From IMG/VR virus record IMGVR_UViG_3300042898_001429, positions 30,523-94,522 of that record: 64,000 nt of DNA, one strand, 5' to 3'. This document shows, one piece after another, positions 30,931 through 40,864 of the stretch (position 1 is the first letter of the stretch; every line of letters begins with the position of its first letter). Source of the stretch: a virus. The notes under the pieces were generated by a model. The model did not search any database and was not told where the DNA came from. It saw only the letters and a list, made by a program, of their open reading frames with translations. Position numbers and translations under genes: made by a program.

Positions 30931-31148
30931 TACTGTTCCTCGCTCGCAAATCGTTCTTCATATGGTTCAGGCGTGTTGCCTTCTGCAAGCCACAACTCAT
31001 ACTCAACAAAATCAGCATTTGCAGGGTCGGGTGGAATAGAAGAAACTGTACCGTCATCGTTTATTCGTTCAATGTAACGAGCAAGTGCTGGGATATTAGG
31101 TGGACACCACGGATACTGTGTCAAATCGCCTTCAATATATGTAGCCAT
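30930..31148 (-). CDS. Small fibre chaperone-like protein
   Basis: IPPDPANADFVEYELWLAEGNTPEP. Confidence 0.6.
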   Translation of the reverse strand: MATYIEGDLTQYPWCPPNIPALARYIERINDDGTVSSIPPDPANADFVEYELWLAEGNTPEPYEERFASEEQ

Positions 31149-31149
31149 T

Positions 31150-32244
31150 TTATAACTCCGCCGTTTGTGTTGAACTGATAAAGAAACTTAAAGCATGGTA
31201 CCCACCACTAGCAGCAGCAAACGCAAAATAAGCACCATCGTTGTGGGCAACATAATAAGCAGAAGACCCCGCAGACAAGTTGGCTGTTCCTGGAGTTCTC
31301 CACTGAACGCTAGATAAAGTTACAGTGGGGGCTGCTCTAAATGGCACACGCATGTTTTGTGCGCCGTAGTAATAGTTTGCTGGTGCATAACCAATAGCAA
31401 CTGGCATTTCTTGGTACTGTCCGTAAGGGTAGTTCTGGTAGTACCTCATACATAAGTGTAGTTCTATGCCAATAGGTCGTTGTTCAAATGGTGTCACTTG
31501 TGAACCTGCCTCAATTTGCACACCTGTAATATCCACATAGTCATTAGTGCTGGCAGTACCAGTTGGACTAACAGTAAAAAACAAACCAGCCTGTGTAGTA
31601 CCAGCAGGAACGGTTACATACAAAACAAAACGCTGCCAATTAGTTGTGGGAGTTACCTGTTGGGATAAAGGTTCAGTGTAACTAGTCCAACCACCTGACC
31701 AAATAACATCTCGTTCTGTACCTGTACCTACTCCCATACGGGCAAGAATAGTTGAACCAGTAAAGTTGCTACCAACCCTAGCGTAAAAAGAAACCACAAC
31801 AGGCAAACCAGCAACTTTGCTGATGGCACTTGTTTCAAAAGATTGACTTAAATAAATAGGATTTGTTGCTGTGTTACCTGAGTTGCGTTGAAGCCTAATA
31901 GCATTTTGAAAACCACTCAATCCAGAAGCAATTTGTGATTGTGTAGAACCAGCAACAGCACGGTATGTAGCCCAACGGTCAGCCTGGTATGCAGCACTAC
32001 TAGATGCGCTTTGTATTGCGACTGATGTTCCTCTTTGCCAAATATCAAATCCACCGTTTATTACTATATTACGGAACCCGCTTAATGGGATATCTGTACT
32101 TAGTTTTGCTTGAGTAACTGCATTAGCGGCGATATCGGCAGTGCCAACTGCTCCATCAGCAATATCTACAGTCTGAATAGAGCCATCAACATAAGTTGAT
32201 TCTCCAGTAGTACCTAATTGAGAGACTCTACGAATACCAGTCAT
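31150..32244 (-). CDS. Tail fibre with carbohydrate-binding-like domain
   Basis: RNIVINGGFDIWQRG...ITGVQIE...TPFEQRPIGIELHLCMRYY. Confidence 0.7.
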   Translation of the reverse strand: MTGIRRVSQLGTTGESTYVDGSIQTVDIADGAVGTADIAANAVTQAKLSTDIPLSGFRNIVINGGFDIWQRGTSVAIQSASSSAAYQADRWATYRAVAGSTQSQIASGLSGFQNAIRLQRNSGNTATNPIYLSQSFETSAISKVAGLPVVVSFYARVGSNFTGSTILARMGVGTGTERDVIWSGGWTSYTEPLSQQVTPTTNWQRFVLYVTVPAGTTQAGLFFTVSPTGTASTNDYVDITGVQIEAGSQVTPFEQRPIGIELHLCMRYYQNYPYGQYQEMPVAIGYAPANYYYGAQNMRVPFRAAPTVTLSSVQWRTPGTANLSAGSSAYYVAHNDGAYFAFAAASGGYHALSFFISSTQTAEL

Positions 32245-33329
32245 TATGCGACCCTTGCTCCAGAAAAGTTATTGTATGTTAAGCCTGCGCTGTAAGTCCC
32301 CGTAGCAGGAACAGAAAACAAACATTTAACTGTATCCCCAACTGCCAATTTTGTAATTAAAGACACTTCAACATAATGGTCAATACCGCCACTTGCAGGA
32401 TGAACACTACCAAAATATGTATTGGCATAAGAACCTGTCGTCACGATACAACCCCTCATAATTCCTGATGTTCCGATGCTGTAAGCGTTTGTGTGTGCAG
32501 TAAAACTATAAGTGCCTGCTTGACCCGCTGGAACAGTAAAAACACCACTTACTACATTGTTTGTATCGTCATATATCTCGGCGTTGTATGCAATTGTTGC
32601 CCCATTTGTTGCGGTACCGTTTCCCCCAGAAAGATAAACAAGAAAGTTAGGAACAGCACCAGTACTAATGTTTGATACTGCTGTAGTGACAAATGCTGTC
32701 GTAGCGATTTGGGTATTGTTTGTAGTGGAGTTAGCAGTAGGTGCTAGTGGAACACCAGTCAGTGATACATTGCTTTTAATTGCCGTGACGCCAGTATCAG
32801 AGATTGTTACATCTCCCGTTTCGGCAACAGCAGTAGGAACTCCCGATGAGTTGTAGACAATAACATTTCCAGCAGTACTTGTCGCAAGTTTTGACAACTC
32901 AATCGCAGCCGATGCGTTGATGTCTGCATTGACAATTGCTCCATCAGCAATCTTGGCTGAAGTAATAGCATTGTCAGCAATGTAGGTAGCCGTAGATGCA
33001 AGAGGACCATCGTTAAGGACGCCTGAGACTGTCAGGTTGAGCGCCGAGCCTGTAGAAGCCAGCGCCCTGAGAATTTCACCAGTTGTAACTACCTGAGACA
33101 AGTTAATAATCACCGTGTCGTTAGCCGCTACTGACGTACCACTAAATAGGGCATTCCCAGCAGAAGCCGCACCGATGTAGAAGGTAAAGGTAGCCGCAGT
33201 TCCTGTAATGTTCGTTACGACTAATTGTTTAATAATTGCCGAGTACCCAGTTGGAACTGTGTACAGCGCACTAGCCGCTGATGTTGTCAGCGTTGTAGGG
33301 GAAATGAAGCGTGTCTCTACGAATGGCAT
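32244..33329 (-). CDS. Tail fibre with C1q-like C-terminal domain
   Basis: IADNAITSAKIAD, LTGVPLAPTA...TQIATTAFV, GVFTVPAGQAGTYSF. Confidence 0.65.
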   Translation of the reverse strand: MPFVETRFISPTTLTTSAASALYTVPTGYSAIIKQLVVTNITGTAATFTFYIGAASAGNALFSGTSVAANDTVIINLSQVVTTGEILRALASTGSALNLTVSGVLNDGPLASTATYIADNAITSAKIADGAIVNADINASAAIELSKLATSTAGNVIVYNSSGVPTAVAETGDVTISDTGVTAIKSNVSLTGVPLAPTANSTTNNTQIATTAFVTTAVSNISTGAVPNFLVYLSGGNGTATNGATIAYNAEIYDDTNNVVSGVFTVPAGQAGTYSFTAHTNAYSIGTSGIMRGCIVTTGSYANTYFGSVHPASGGIDHYVEVSLITKLAVGDTVKCLFSVPATGTYSAGLTYNNFSGARVA

Positions 33330-34216
33330 TAGTACCTCACTATATAGTTTAGAACCATTGTTGGCTGCATTACGCTATGAGATTCAGCAGCAGATGCAGC
33401 CGTGTTGGGTTGGTTGCTCATCGTTACAGAACCTGAAATTGAACCAGCAGGGGTAAAAGAGTGTGCATGACGAGCAGAAGCACCACCCGTACTGAAGTTG
33501 TGTTGGTGGTTCGGGTAAGAACCTGTATGGTCAGCATACGAACCTCCTCCACGACCTACTGCATGGTTATTTTCCATTGTTGTACCAGCAACACCTACAA
33601 CTCTCAAGAAGTCTGTGTAAGCGTTCATTGAAGTAGTGCCAGAGTGTGAGTGGTCTGGAGAATCATTTCCCGTTGTGCTACCAGTACCCGTAAAAGAACC
33701 ACTGAATGAAGCGGTGTTGGCGTGAGCGTGAGCAGGAACTCCTGATTGTGCAGAAGTCAAAGTTACATACTGTGACCCAATAACTGTTCCAGAACTATTG
33801 GCAATATCAAGGCGAAGAGCGTCTGTGCCGCCCATATTGTCAATACCAGCAACCGTACGACCACGAAGGTCAGGAAGACAGAAGTCAGTTTCTGCTACGA
33901 CACCAGTATTGTAAGTAGTTGAAAGAACTGCGAACAAAGCGGCGTAGGTGGTTCTTGATACTGCTTGTCCATAGCAAAGCAACCACCCTGTAGGTGCAGT
34001 AGAACCAGCAAACGGGGTAATCATACCCACGGGTAGACCTACACCAGCAGCAAAGGTAGCCGTAGTTGCGCCAGAACTATCAATAGCCATTACAGATGCG
34101 CCAGAATGGTTCTTAACCTCAAAGATGTTAGAAGTTGACCCTACTACCTGCTGGATTAATACTGAATCAGCGCCAACGTTAAATTGTGGTGCTGTGTCTA
34201 CACGCCTACGAGCCAT
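33329..34216 (-). CDS. Tail collar domain protein
   Basis: PVGMITPFAGSTAPTGWLLCYGQAVSRTTYAALF...LPDLRGR; HxH motifs; QPTMVLNYI. Confidence 0.9.
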   Translation of the reverse strand: MARRRVDTAPQFNVGADSVLIQQVVGSTSNIFEVKNHSGASVMAIDSSGATTATFAAGVGLPVGMITPFAGSTAPTGWLLCYGQAVSRTTYAALFAVLSTTYNTGVVAETDFCLPDLRGRTVAGIDNMGGTDALRLDIANSSGTVIGSQYVTLTSAQSGVPAHAHANTASFSGSFTGTGSTTGNDSPDHSHSGTTSMNAYTDFLRVVGVAGTTMENNHAVGRGGGSYADHTGSYPNHQHNFSTGGASARHAHSFTPAGSISGSVTMSNQPNTAASAAESHSVMQPTMVLNYIVRY

Positions 34217-34380
34217 TAGTTAGTCTCCATACGCAATAATACAGTAACATCATAAATCTGGTTAGAGGCGTTGTTTACTTTGTCTACAACAACCCACTTT
34301 TCACCATCATATGTCCATGTTTTTCCACCGACTGTATGGGTCTGATTTGTTGCAGGGGAGTTTGGAAAGTCAATAGCCAT
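34216..34380 (-). CDS. Small fibre-associated protein (54 aa)
   Basis: Manual ORF MAIDFPNSPATNQTHTVGGKTWTYDGEKW... Confidence 0.6.
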   Translation of the reverse strand: MAIDFPNSPATNQTHTVGGKTWTYDGEKWVVVDKVNNASNQIYDVTVLLRMETN

Positions 34381-34562
34381 TATTCTAGGTTCCATTCTTC
34401 AGCGGTGTTACCTTCAGTAACCCACGCAAGATACGCCTGATAATCCGAGTTGGCAGGGTCAGCCGCAAAAGACATTACACCACCATCTTCTTTGTAACGG
34501 AAAATAATAGTTCCAGTTTCACCAGTAAACCGATGTGTTTCTTCAAGTGTGTAATACATCAC
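34380..34562 (-). CDS. Small fibre chaperone-like protein
   Basis: ADPANSDYQAYLAWVTEGNTAEE. Confidence 0.6.
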   Translation of the reverse strand: MMYYTLEETHRFTGETGTIIFRYKEDGGVMSFAADPANSDYQAYLAWVTEGNTAEEWNLE

Positions 34563-37500
34563 AACTCCGCACTAACTTCAATATAACCTGCAGAAGTATT
34601 CGCTATCAAAGCAAAAGTTAATTGAGTTGACCATGCTGTGCCACCACTTCTGTCTACAATCATAACTGCATGAGTCGTGCTATTGGCTGCGCTGACAGCG
34701 GCTCTAGGAATACCGACATAGTTACCAAGTAAAACATTGTAAGCATAAACACTGCTAGAACCAAAAGTTACGGCATGGGTTCTCATTGGAACTGGGTGCT
34801 GAATTACGCCTTCTATTGCTGTTCCTGTATATGAAACAAAGTTCTGTGTAGATAAATATGCTGCACTTACAGATGTGTTGCCAAGGCGGTAGTAATACCG
34901 TTGGCAAAGGGCTAGTTCTGTGCCATATGGTCGGTGTTCAAACGGGGTTGCCACGGTATTTGCTTCAAGTTGTACACCCGTAATGGCAAAGATGTTTCCG
35001 ACAGTTGCAAAAGCGTTTGCATGCCCAGTAACGCCAGCGGGAGTTGATGATGAACTCCACGCACCAGCAGCCCCAGTAGATGATGCCTCAACACGGGGGG
35101 TAAAGGAAAGAAAAACACCTGAACCATTAGTAGTCAACCATGTTCCCGAAGTCTCACCAGCAATAGTTATTGTTTTCTTTTCCCAAGTGTTGGCTGCAGA
35201 AATAGTATAAGAAGCAATATAGTTACGAGTTGCGCCAAAATTGTTCAACTTAATGGAATATGTGCCAGTAACTGCTGAGCGAACCCAAAAAGAAACTGTT
35301 ATGGTTTTTGCCCCAGCAGTACCCCATGCTAGTTGTGCCGAGTTTAATCCTTCTATTGCTTGATTTATTTCAATATAGTCATAAGCGTATACAGTTCCAA
35401 CCGTGGTTACAGTCATTCGTAATGAATGTGTAAAACCTTGCCCGCTCGGAACATCAGAGTTCTGCGAAGTTGTTACTTGTAGGTTTCCTGTGTAGTTTCC
35501 AACTCGCCAACGGTCAACTGTGTACCCAGTATTAGTTCCAGTAAGGGCAGTTGCTCGTTGGTTAACCTGCATCCCACCGTTAATGATTAGGTTGCGAGAA
35601 CCATTTGCTTGAGTAGACCACGCCAAGCCATTGGTTGCAGTAGAGTCAGCAACAAGTACTTGATTATCAACACCGACTGGCAACTTGGCTACAACATCTG
35701 CTGTAGCACCTACGAGTAGGTCGCCTTTAGCGTCAATGACTGTATTGGTGCTGTCAGAAGCCCATGAGACCCCCGTAGTGGTACTTGAGTTAGCAATAAG
35801 CCTTTGGCTGTTAGTTCCTACAGTTAAACGGTCTACGGTCTGTGAGGCAGTTCCAAGGATTAAATCACCTTTAGCCTGAACAATTCTTGTAATGGGGTCG
35901 TAAGAAGCGCCTGCGCCAATTTCAATCCACTGAGAATCATAGTAAATAAAGGTAAGACCACTATCAGATTCAAACCAAAGCGCTCCAGCAGTAGGGGAAA
36001 CTGGTGGTGTATCAGAGACAGTGATACTTGCTCCACCACCAGCAGAAGCGTTAGTCCACAAACTTGTAGCAGTATTGTACTTTAATACTTGACCATCAGT
36101 AGGGCTAGTAATAACAACGTCACTGAGACTATCAATAGGTATATTTGAAGGCACATAAGACGATGAACCAGTATTGAAAGCAAGTACTTGCCCGTTAGTT
36201 GCACCAATCGGTTGTATTTTTGTTTGGTTACCGTTGCTCCAGTCAGTCCATTTAAGTTCTTGAGGAAGTAGTTCTGCCTGATAAACGAGGTCGTTGATGA
36301 CTACTTCATTGTAAGAGAAGCGAGCAAGCCCCGCACTTGGATGTAGGTGCAATGATTGAGGGTTTAAGTCCAACCAGTCATTAACACCCGCTTCACCTAA
36401 GCGAAGGTACTGGTTAAATGACCCAGATTGCCAGTTAGTACCATCCCAAATTAATGGTTGATATGTAATTGGTGAAGCAGCAGATACATCAGTTAAATCA
36501 TTTAAAGTAGAAACGCCACCAGCAGAAGCGTTAGTCCATAAACTTGTAGAAGAGTTATATTTTAATATTTCACCATTTGCAGGTGATGTAATGGCAACAT
36601 CTGAAAGGTCATCAATAACAACGCTTGCCATGGCTGTACTGTGGTCTAAAGCATTATGGCGAGTATCAGTTAAGTACTGAGTGTGGTCATCATCTGCAAG
36701 GCCAGTCATTGACCCGTGGTCGGAAACAGGTGTAGTACCTACACCTTGGTCTGAGGAAATAACACTTCTTAGGTCAAGGACATCAGTAATTATTGCGCTT
36801 GGCGTATTTGTATATGAGGTTTTGCACTCATAAATAATCTTATAAAGAGGGCGAAACTCAACGATTGGAAAACCATCCAAATTAAGTGAAGCATAAAACT
36901 CTGCTTGCGCTGCACCATTGGCTGAATATGAATCTTGACCAATAATGGCAATAATTGGTTCATTTAGATTATTAGTAGCAATAATCCAAGACACACCAAA
37001 GTGGTTATTCGTTACATCTGGTGTTGACCATGTTCCAGCAGTATTTAGGTTGTATCTTGGTCTGTCTGTTCCCTGCTTCAACGGGAATTCCGTTGCGGTA
37101 TCTTTTACCCAGTGATTATTAAGTCTGTAGAAGGCTGGAATTTTAGCGTTACCTTGAAGAACTTGTTGCCAAGTATTTGGTGTTGGTGTTGCAGAATGTA
37201 CAATATCAACTTGCAAATCTTCATCAAAAAATGTTCCATTAGCAATATCTAGTTTTGCGTGAGAATCTAATGAACCATCGCCATCAAGAATATAGTTAGT
37301 TGCACCAAAACCATTTGCAATTGCTGCACCACGGGTTCTGTGTAGATACTCATGGGTTGCCCAGTCAAGTGTTATGCCATGGCGCTCATCAGCAAAGAAG
37401 TATGCTTTGTTATCTACTTCATTCCAGTAGATGTAAGCAGTTGGTGCGTCTGTATCCCAAACAAAGTAACTGGTCCGATAACTTAAAACACCTGAAGAGT

Positions 37501-38257
37501 CAAAGTAAATGTAGTAAAGACCTGATGTATCTGGAATAGTGACCGTTGATGTGGTTGTCTTTACAAACCGTTTACCTGCACACCACACTGTGTATGATGT
37601 AGATGCTGGTGCAATAGAAAATGTGCGTGTACCTTCGTTAAATGAAATAACGCTGTCTGCTTTATTCTCATGACCCATCGGCTCATTGGATGGGCTAACC
37701 TTATTAACCCAGTTTGTACCATCAAACTCAAGAAATTGACCATTGGCTGGTGTACTGATAACAACGTCTGTGAGGGTGTCAAGGGCTAATGCAGTGTTAT
37801 TACCTGTTACAGCGGCATAGATAGCCACACGAACACTGTTAGTAGTTGGTACAACGCTGAAGTCAATAGTTACTGTGCCAGTTGTAGTAGCCGCCCAATA
37901 AGCGTCAATAACTTCATAAGGTGAAGCCGCATTACGGATAGTAACAAAGACATCACGAGTGTTAAGACCATGCGATAAAACAAAAACATCATTGGTACCA
38001 TCACCAATAGTTGCGGTGTATGTACTCCCAGCAACTCCTGAAGCACCGTTTACCCAGTCGGTGCCGTTATATACAAGGGCTTGACCATTAGAAGGTGTGG
38101 TGACAATAACGTCTGAAAGGTCATCAATAGAGCCGACAGTAGAGGCAGTACCAGGAACAAACTTAGTTCCGTTGTATTTAAGTACTTGGTCGCTGGCAGC
38201 GCCAGCAGGGTCAATCTCAACGCCCTTGACAAATAGTGATTTGAGAAAGTTAGCCAT
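34559..38257 (-). CDS. Long tail fibre protein
   Basis: Repeated LSDVxITSPxNGQxLxYNxxxWxN units, AKGDLxxG repeats, C-terminal RNLIINGG...LCQRYY domain. Confidence 0.8.
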   Translation of the reverse strand: MANFLKSLFVKGVEIDPAGAASDQVLKYNGTKFVPGTASTVGSIDDLSDVIVTTPSNGQALVYNGTDWVNGASGVAGSTYTATIGDGTNDVFVLSHGLNTRDVFVTIRNAASPYEVIDAYWAATTTGTVTIDFSVVPTTNSVRVAIYAAVTGNNTALALDTLTDVVISTPANGQFLEFDGTNWVNKVSPSNEPMGHENKADSVISFNEGTRTFSIAPASTSYTVWCAGKRFVKTTTSTVTIPDTSGLYYIYFDSSGVLSYRTSYFVWDTDAPTAYIYWNEVDNKAYFFADERHGITLDWATHEYLHRTRGAAIANGFGATNYILDGDGSLDSHAKLDIANGTFFDEDLQVDIVHSATPTPNTWQQVLQGNAKIPAFYRLNNHWVKDTATEFPLKQGTDRPRYNLNTAGTWSTPDVTNNHFGVSWIIATNNLNEPIIAIIGQDSYSANGAAQAEFYASLNLDGFPIVEFRPLYKIIYECKTSYTNTPSAIITDVLDLRSVISSDQGVGTTPVSDHGSMTGLADDDHTQYLTDTRHNALDHSTAMASVVIDDLSDVAITSPANGEILKYNSSTSLWTNASAGGVSTLNDLTDVSAASPITYQPLIWDGTNWQSGSFNQYLRLGEAGVNDWLDLNPQSLHLHPSAGLARFSYNEVVINDLVYQAELLPQELKWTDWSNGNQTKIQPIGATNGQVLAFNTGSSSYVPSNIPIDSLSDVVITSPTDGQVLKYNTATSLWTNASAGGGASITVSDTPPVSPTAGALWFESDSGLTFIYYDSQWIEIGAGASYDPITRIVQAKGDLILGTASQTVDRLTVGTNSQRLIANSSTTTGVSWASDSTNTVIDAKGDLLVGATADVVAKLPVGVDNQVLVADSTATNGLAWSTQANGSRNLIINGGMQVNQRATALTGTNTGYTVDRWRVGNYTGNLQVTTSQNSDVPSGQGFTHSLRMTVTTVGTVYAYDYIEINQAIEGLNSAQLAWGTAGAKTITVSFWVRSAVTGTYSIKLNNFGATRNYIASYTISAANTWEKKTITIAGETSGTWLTTNGSGVFLSFTPRVEASSTGAAGAWSSSSTPAGVTGHANAFATVGNIFAITGVQLEANTVATPFEHRPYGTELALCQRYYYRLGNTSVSAAYLSTQNFVSYTGTAIEGVIQHPVPMRTHAVTFGSSSVYAYNVLLGNYVGIPRAAVSAANSTTHAVMIVDRSGGTAWSTQLTFALIANTSAGYIEVSAEL

Positions 38258-38290
38258 AATAGTCCTCTACTAGGGTAGCACGAGGCTACC

Positions 38291-39526
38291 CTAAGCCAAG
38301 ATTACTACTCGGTATTGGTTAGCAGTTGGTGCTACCGCAAAGTATAGGGTGGTTGTGCTACTGGTATTGACAATATCAGCGTATACAACTTCGCCCGATG
38401 AAACTTCATATACGTTTACTACTAGGTCTGCGGTTGCAAGACCATGGGTAATGGCATATGACGTAGCAGATGTAGAAAGAGTTTCAGCATGCTTCTTCTT
38501 TGTCCATACGGGAGCAGATGCGCCCGCAACAAGGACATGTCCAGATGTACCAAGGCCAAGAGTGGTGGTTGTGGCAGAACCTGTTTGGTAAACAAGTGAA
38601 CCAGCGGCTCCACCAGTAACGTTGGTTGCTGTCGTAGTGGTTGCAGAGTTACCTGTGTACTCAGTTGCTGACAGTACTTGTGTACCAGCAATCTTGATAA
38701 CTTTAGTTGCCGCAAGGTCAATATGTTCAGAAGACGTCCATGCCGCTGTACTGGATATCCAGTTCCATGTCTTATCAGTGGCACCTTTAAGGGTAATACC
38801 ACCGCCATTGGCTGTAGAGTCAGATGGGGAAGCAACATCACCCAAAATAAAGTTAATATCATCAACGGTGATGACTGTTGAGTTAATAGTAGTTGTTGTA
38901 CCATTAACGGTCAGGTTACCTGCAACTGTTACAGTTCCCGAAGCGTTACCAATGTTGACGTTTGTAGCCGCACCAGCAAAGTTGACCGTGGTAGCCGTTG
39001 TGTTAACAAGGTCAAATGAGGTGCTTGCTGTAGTAAGCGATGTTGTAATTGCAGGGCTAGTGCCAAATACAAGGACACCAGAGCCAGTTTCATCAGAGAT
39101 GACTCCAGCCAGTTCAGCAGATGTAGTAGCCGCAAAAACGCTTAACTTGTCAGTTGTCTTAGCAACATTGGTGATAGCACCAGAAACACCATTGACTGTT
39201 GTAACGCCCGTGGTAGCCGTTAGGTACGTTGTGGTGTCAACTGTCCAGTTACTTGCACCATCAGTTTTAAGGAATCCAGAGGTACCCGTGAGAGCGGCAA
39301 TCGCTGTAAGGTCAGCGTCAAGAGGTTGCCATGTGCCAGCACCACCTGAAGATAACTCAACCCATGCCGTACCGTTGTAATACTTGAGTTTATTTAAACC
39401 ACCGTTGGTATCAAAGTAAATACCACCAGCCTTGGCATTGGTTGTAGGTGCAGTACCAGCGTTATGAATAACGGCATTGAGGAGTTCATTGCCATTTAGA
39501 TTGACATTATTTAGAAACTTTGACAT
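38291..39526 (-). CDS. Tail fibre / structural protein
   Basis: WQPLDADLTAIAAL, DETGSGVLVFGTSP, GNLTVNGTTTTINST motifs. Confidence 0.7.
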   Translation of the reverse strand: MSKFLNNVNLNGNELLNAVIHNAGTAPTTNAKAGGIYFDTNGGLNKLKYYNGTAWVELSSGGAGTWQPLDADLTAIAALTGTSGFLKTDGASNWTVDTTTYLTATTGVTTVNGVSGAITNVAKTTDKLSVFAATTSAELAGVISDETGSGVLVFGTSPAITTSLTTASTSFDLVNTTATTVNFAGAATNVNIGNASGTVTVAGNLTVNGTTTTINSTVITVDDINFILGDVASPSDSTANGGGITLKGATDKTWNWISSTAAWTSSEHIDLAATKVIKIAGTQVLSATEYTGNSATTTTATNVTGGAAGSLVYQTGSATTTTLGLGTSGHVLVAGASAPVWTKKKHAETLSTSATSYAITHGLATADLVVNVYEVSSGEVVYADIVNTSSTTTLYFAVAPTANQYRVVILA

Positions 39527-39533
39527 TTAATCC

Positions 39534-39959
39534 TCACGAAAAGTATGCTTTCCCACCGAAACTGGCGGAAAATGAGATAGAAACTTGATTCTCTGTTATA
39601 TATAATACATCACCTATGACCATGTTCCCGCCGTTATCAACCACGCTCACCGATGGGAAGAACCCCAAATTGTGAGTAATGGTCCACGTGGACGCTGAAA
39701 CACTCTGGGTATATACAAATGAGCCACCAACTGGTAAAACAAAGTTAAGAGTTTGAGACGGGGCTACACCAGTAATAGATACAGATGCTGGCACTCCAGC
39801 CGTTACAGTACCAATAGCAAGGACGTTGGCGGGTCCAGCCACACCTGGGTCGTGTACCTCTAATACTTGTTCAGTAGGCTCAGTTACAACAGAAACATTC
39901 TTTTTCTGGGTAACTGTTACATACTTATTAGGTGTTTTTGTAACTTCTACGGTGCTCAT
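39534..39959 (-). CDS. Virion structural protein
   Basis: WTITHNLGFFPSVSVVD motif. Confidence 0.6.
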   Translation of the reverse strand: MSTVEVTKTPNKYVTVTQKKNVSVVTEPTEQVLEVHDPGVAGPANVLAIGTVTAGVPASVSITGVAPSQTLNFVLPVGGSFVYTQSVSASTWTITHNLGFFPSVSVVDNGGNMVIGDVLYITENQVSISFSASFGGKAYFS

Positions 39960-40675
39960 ACAGGTGGTGCTGAAACCGCTGCTTCAACTACTAGGGTTCC
40001 CGATGATAGGCAATCCCAATCACCTGCGGAATCTTGTACAAAAAGGTCAAATGGGTATGAACCAGCGGCAACGTCGTTGGTATTAGAAATATGTACTTCC
40101 AAGGTTGCGCCAGTTGCTGGAGCCAAGTAACCACGCTTGTTGGCTGGAGTTAGTGCAATAACAGTATTTTCTGCTGGTGTGGTAGCGTACCAACGCAAGT
40201 CCACAACGGTGGTGCCAGTAGACGTTTTAGCCTGCATGAAGGCACTTTGGACAGTAATAACAACGCCAGTAGAGTCTTTCCATGTAAAGGTACGGCGATA
40301 GTCCGTGTATTGCTTATAACGGATTTCCATAGCCTGTGTGTCCTCCAGAGGGGTAATAGTATCTAAAGCAGATACAGTAATTGTACCCCCAGATACTGGG
40401 CGCTGAACGCCTTTAATAGTAGCCATTACATCGTATTGCAGGTCTCCAAGTGGTAAATCTTGGGTTTCTTCAGCCGTTAATGAAAGTTCAATTCCATTTT
40501 CTTTAGTAATACTTGTAGTTATTTCAACTTTTGACAGGGTTCCTGTCTTGATAAAAGCACGAGCCTCTGAAGGGTAAAGCAAAGCATGGCTGTACTTGTT
40601 TTTGATGATAATAAGGCGTTCCCACGGGAGACCTCTGTCAAGTCTGTAATTGACTGTTTGCGGAATGTTAGCCAT
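39956..40675 (-). CDS. Structural protein with two BppU-like beta domains
   Basis: IELSLTAEET..L..G..YDV and YPFDLFVQDSAG duplicated module; TAAACT-N6-ATG. Confidence 0.55.
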   Translation of the reverse strand: MANIPQTVNYRLDRGLPWERLIIIKNKYSHALLYPSEARAFIKTGTLSKVEITTSITKENGIELSLTAEETQDLPLGDLQYDVMATIKGVQRPVSGGTITVSALDTITPLEDTQAMEIRYKQYTDYRRTFTWKDSTGVVITVQSAFMQAKTSTGTTVVDLRWYATTPAENTVIALTPANKRGYLAPATGATLEVHISNTNDVAAGSYPFDLFVQDSAGDWDCLSSGTLVVEAAVSAPPV

Positions 40676-40700
40676 AGAACTAGTTTACTCTAGACTGAGG

Positions 40701-40862
40701 CTACTCATCGTCTTGAAAAAACGCTCCTAAAAGATGAATAATCAGGGTAGCCCCTGCAATCCAAAGGGCCATAACTTTAACGGCACCTGACAGGGTGATA
40801 AGGACAAGGGCAGTTCCTGCGAGGGTCCACAGCAATGCGTATATTTCTTTAAATAATTTCAT
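40701..40862 (-). CDS. Small two-TM membrane protein (53 aa)
   Basis: Manual ORF MKLFKEIYALLWTLAGTALVLITLSGAVKVMALWIAGATLIIHLLGAFFQDDE. Confidence 0.6.
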   Translation of the reverse strand: MKLFKEIYALLWTLAGTALVLITLSGAVKVMALWIAGATLIIHLLGAFFQDDE

Positions 40863-40864
40863 TA

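Noticed and set aside
27525-38257. Diversity-generating retroelement acting on fibres
   Set aside because: No reverse transcriptase seen; similarity between fibres is ordinary paralogy, not adenine-specific TR/VR
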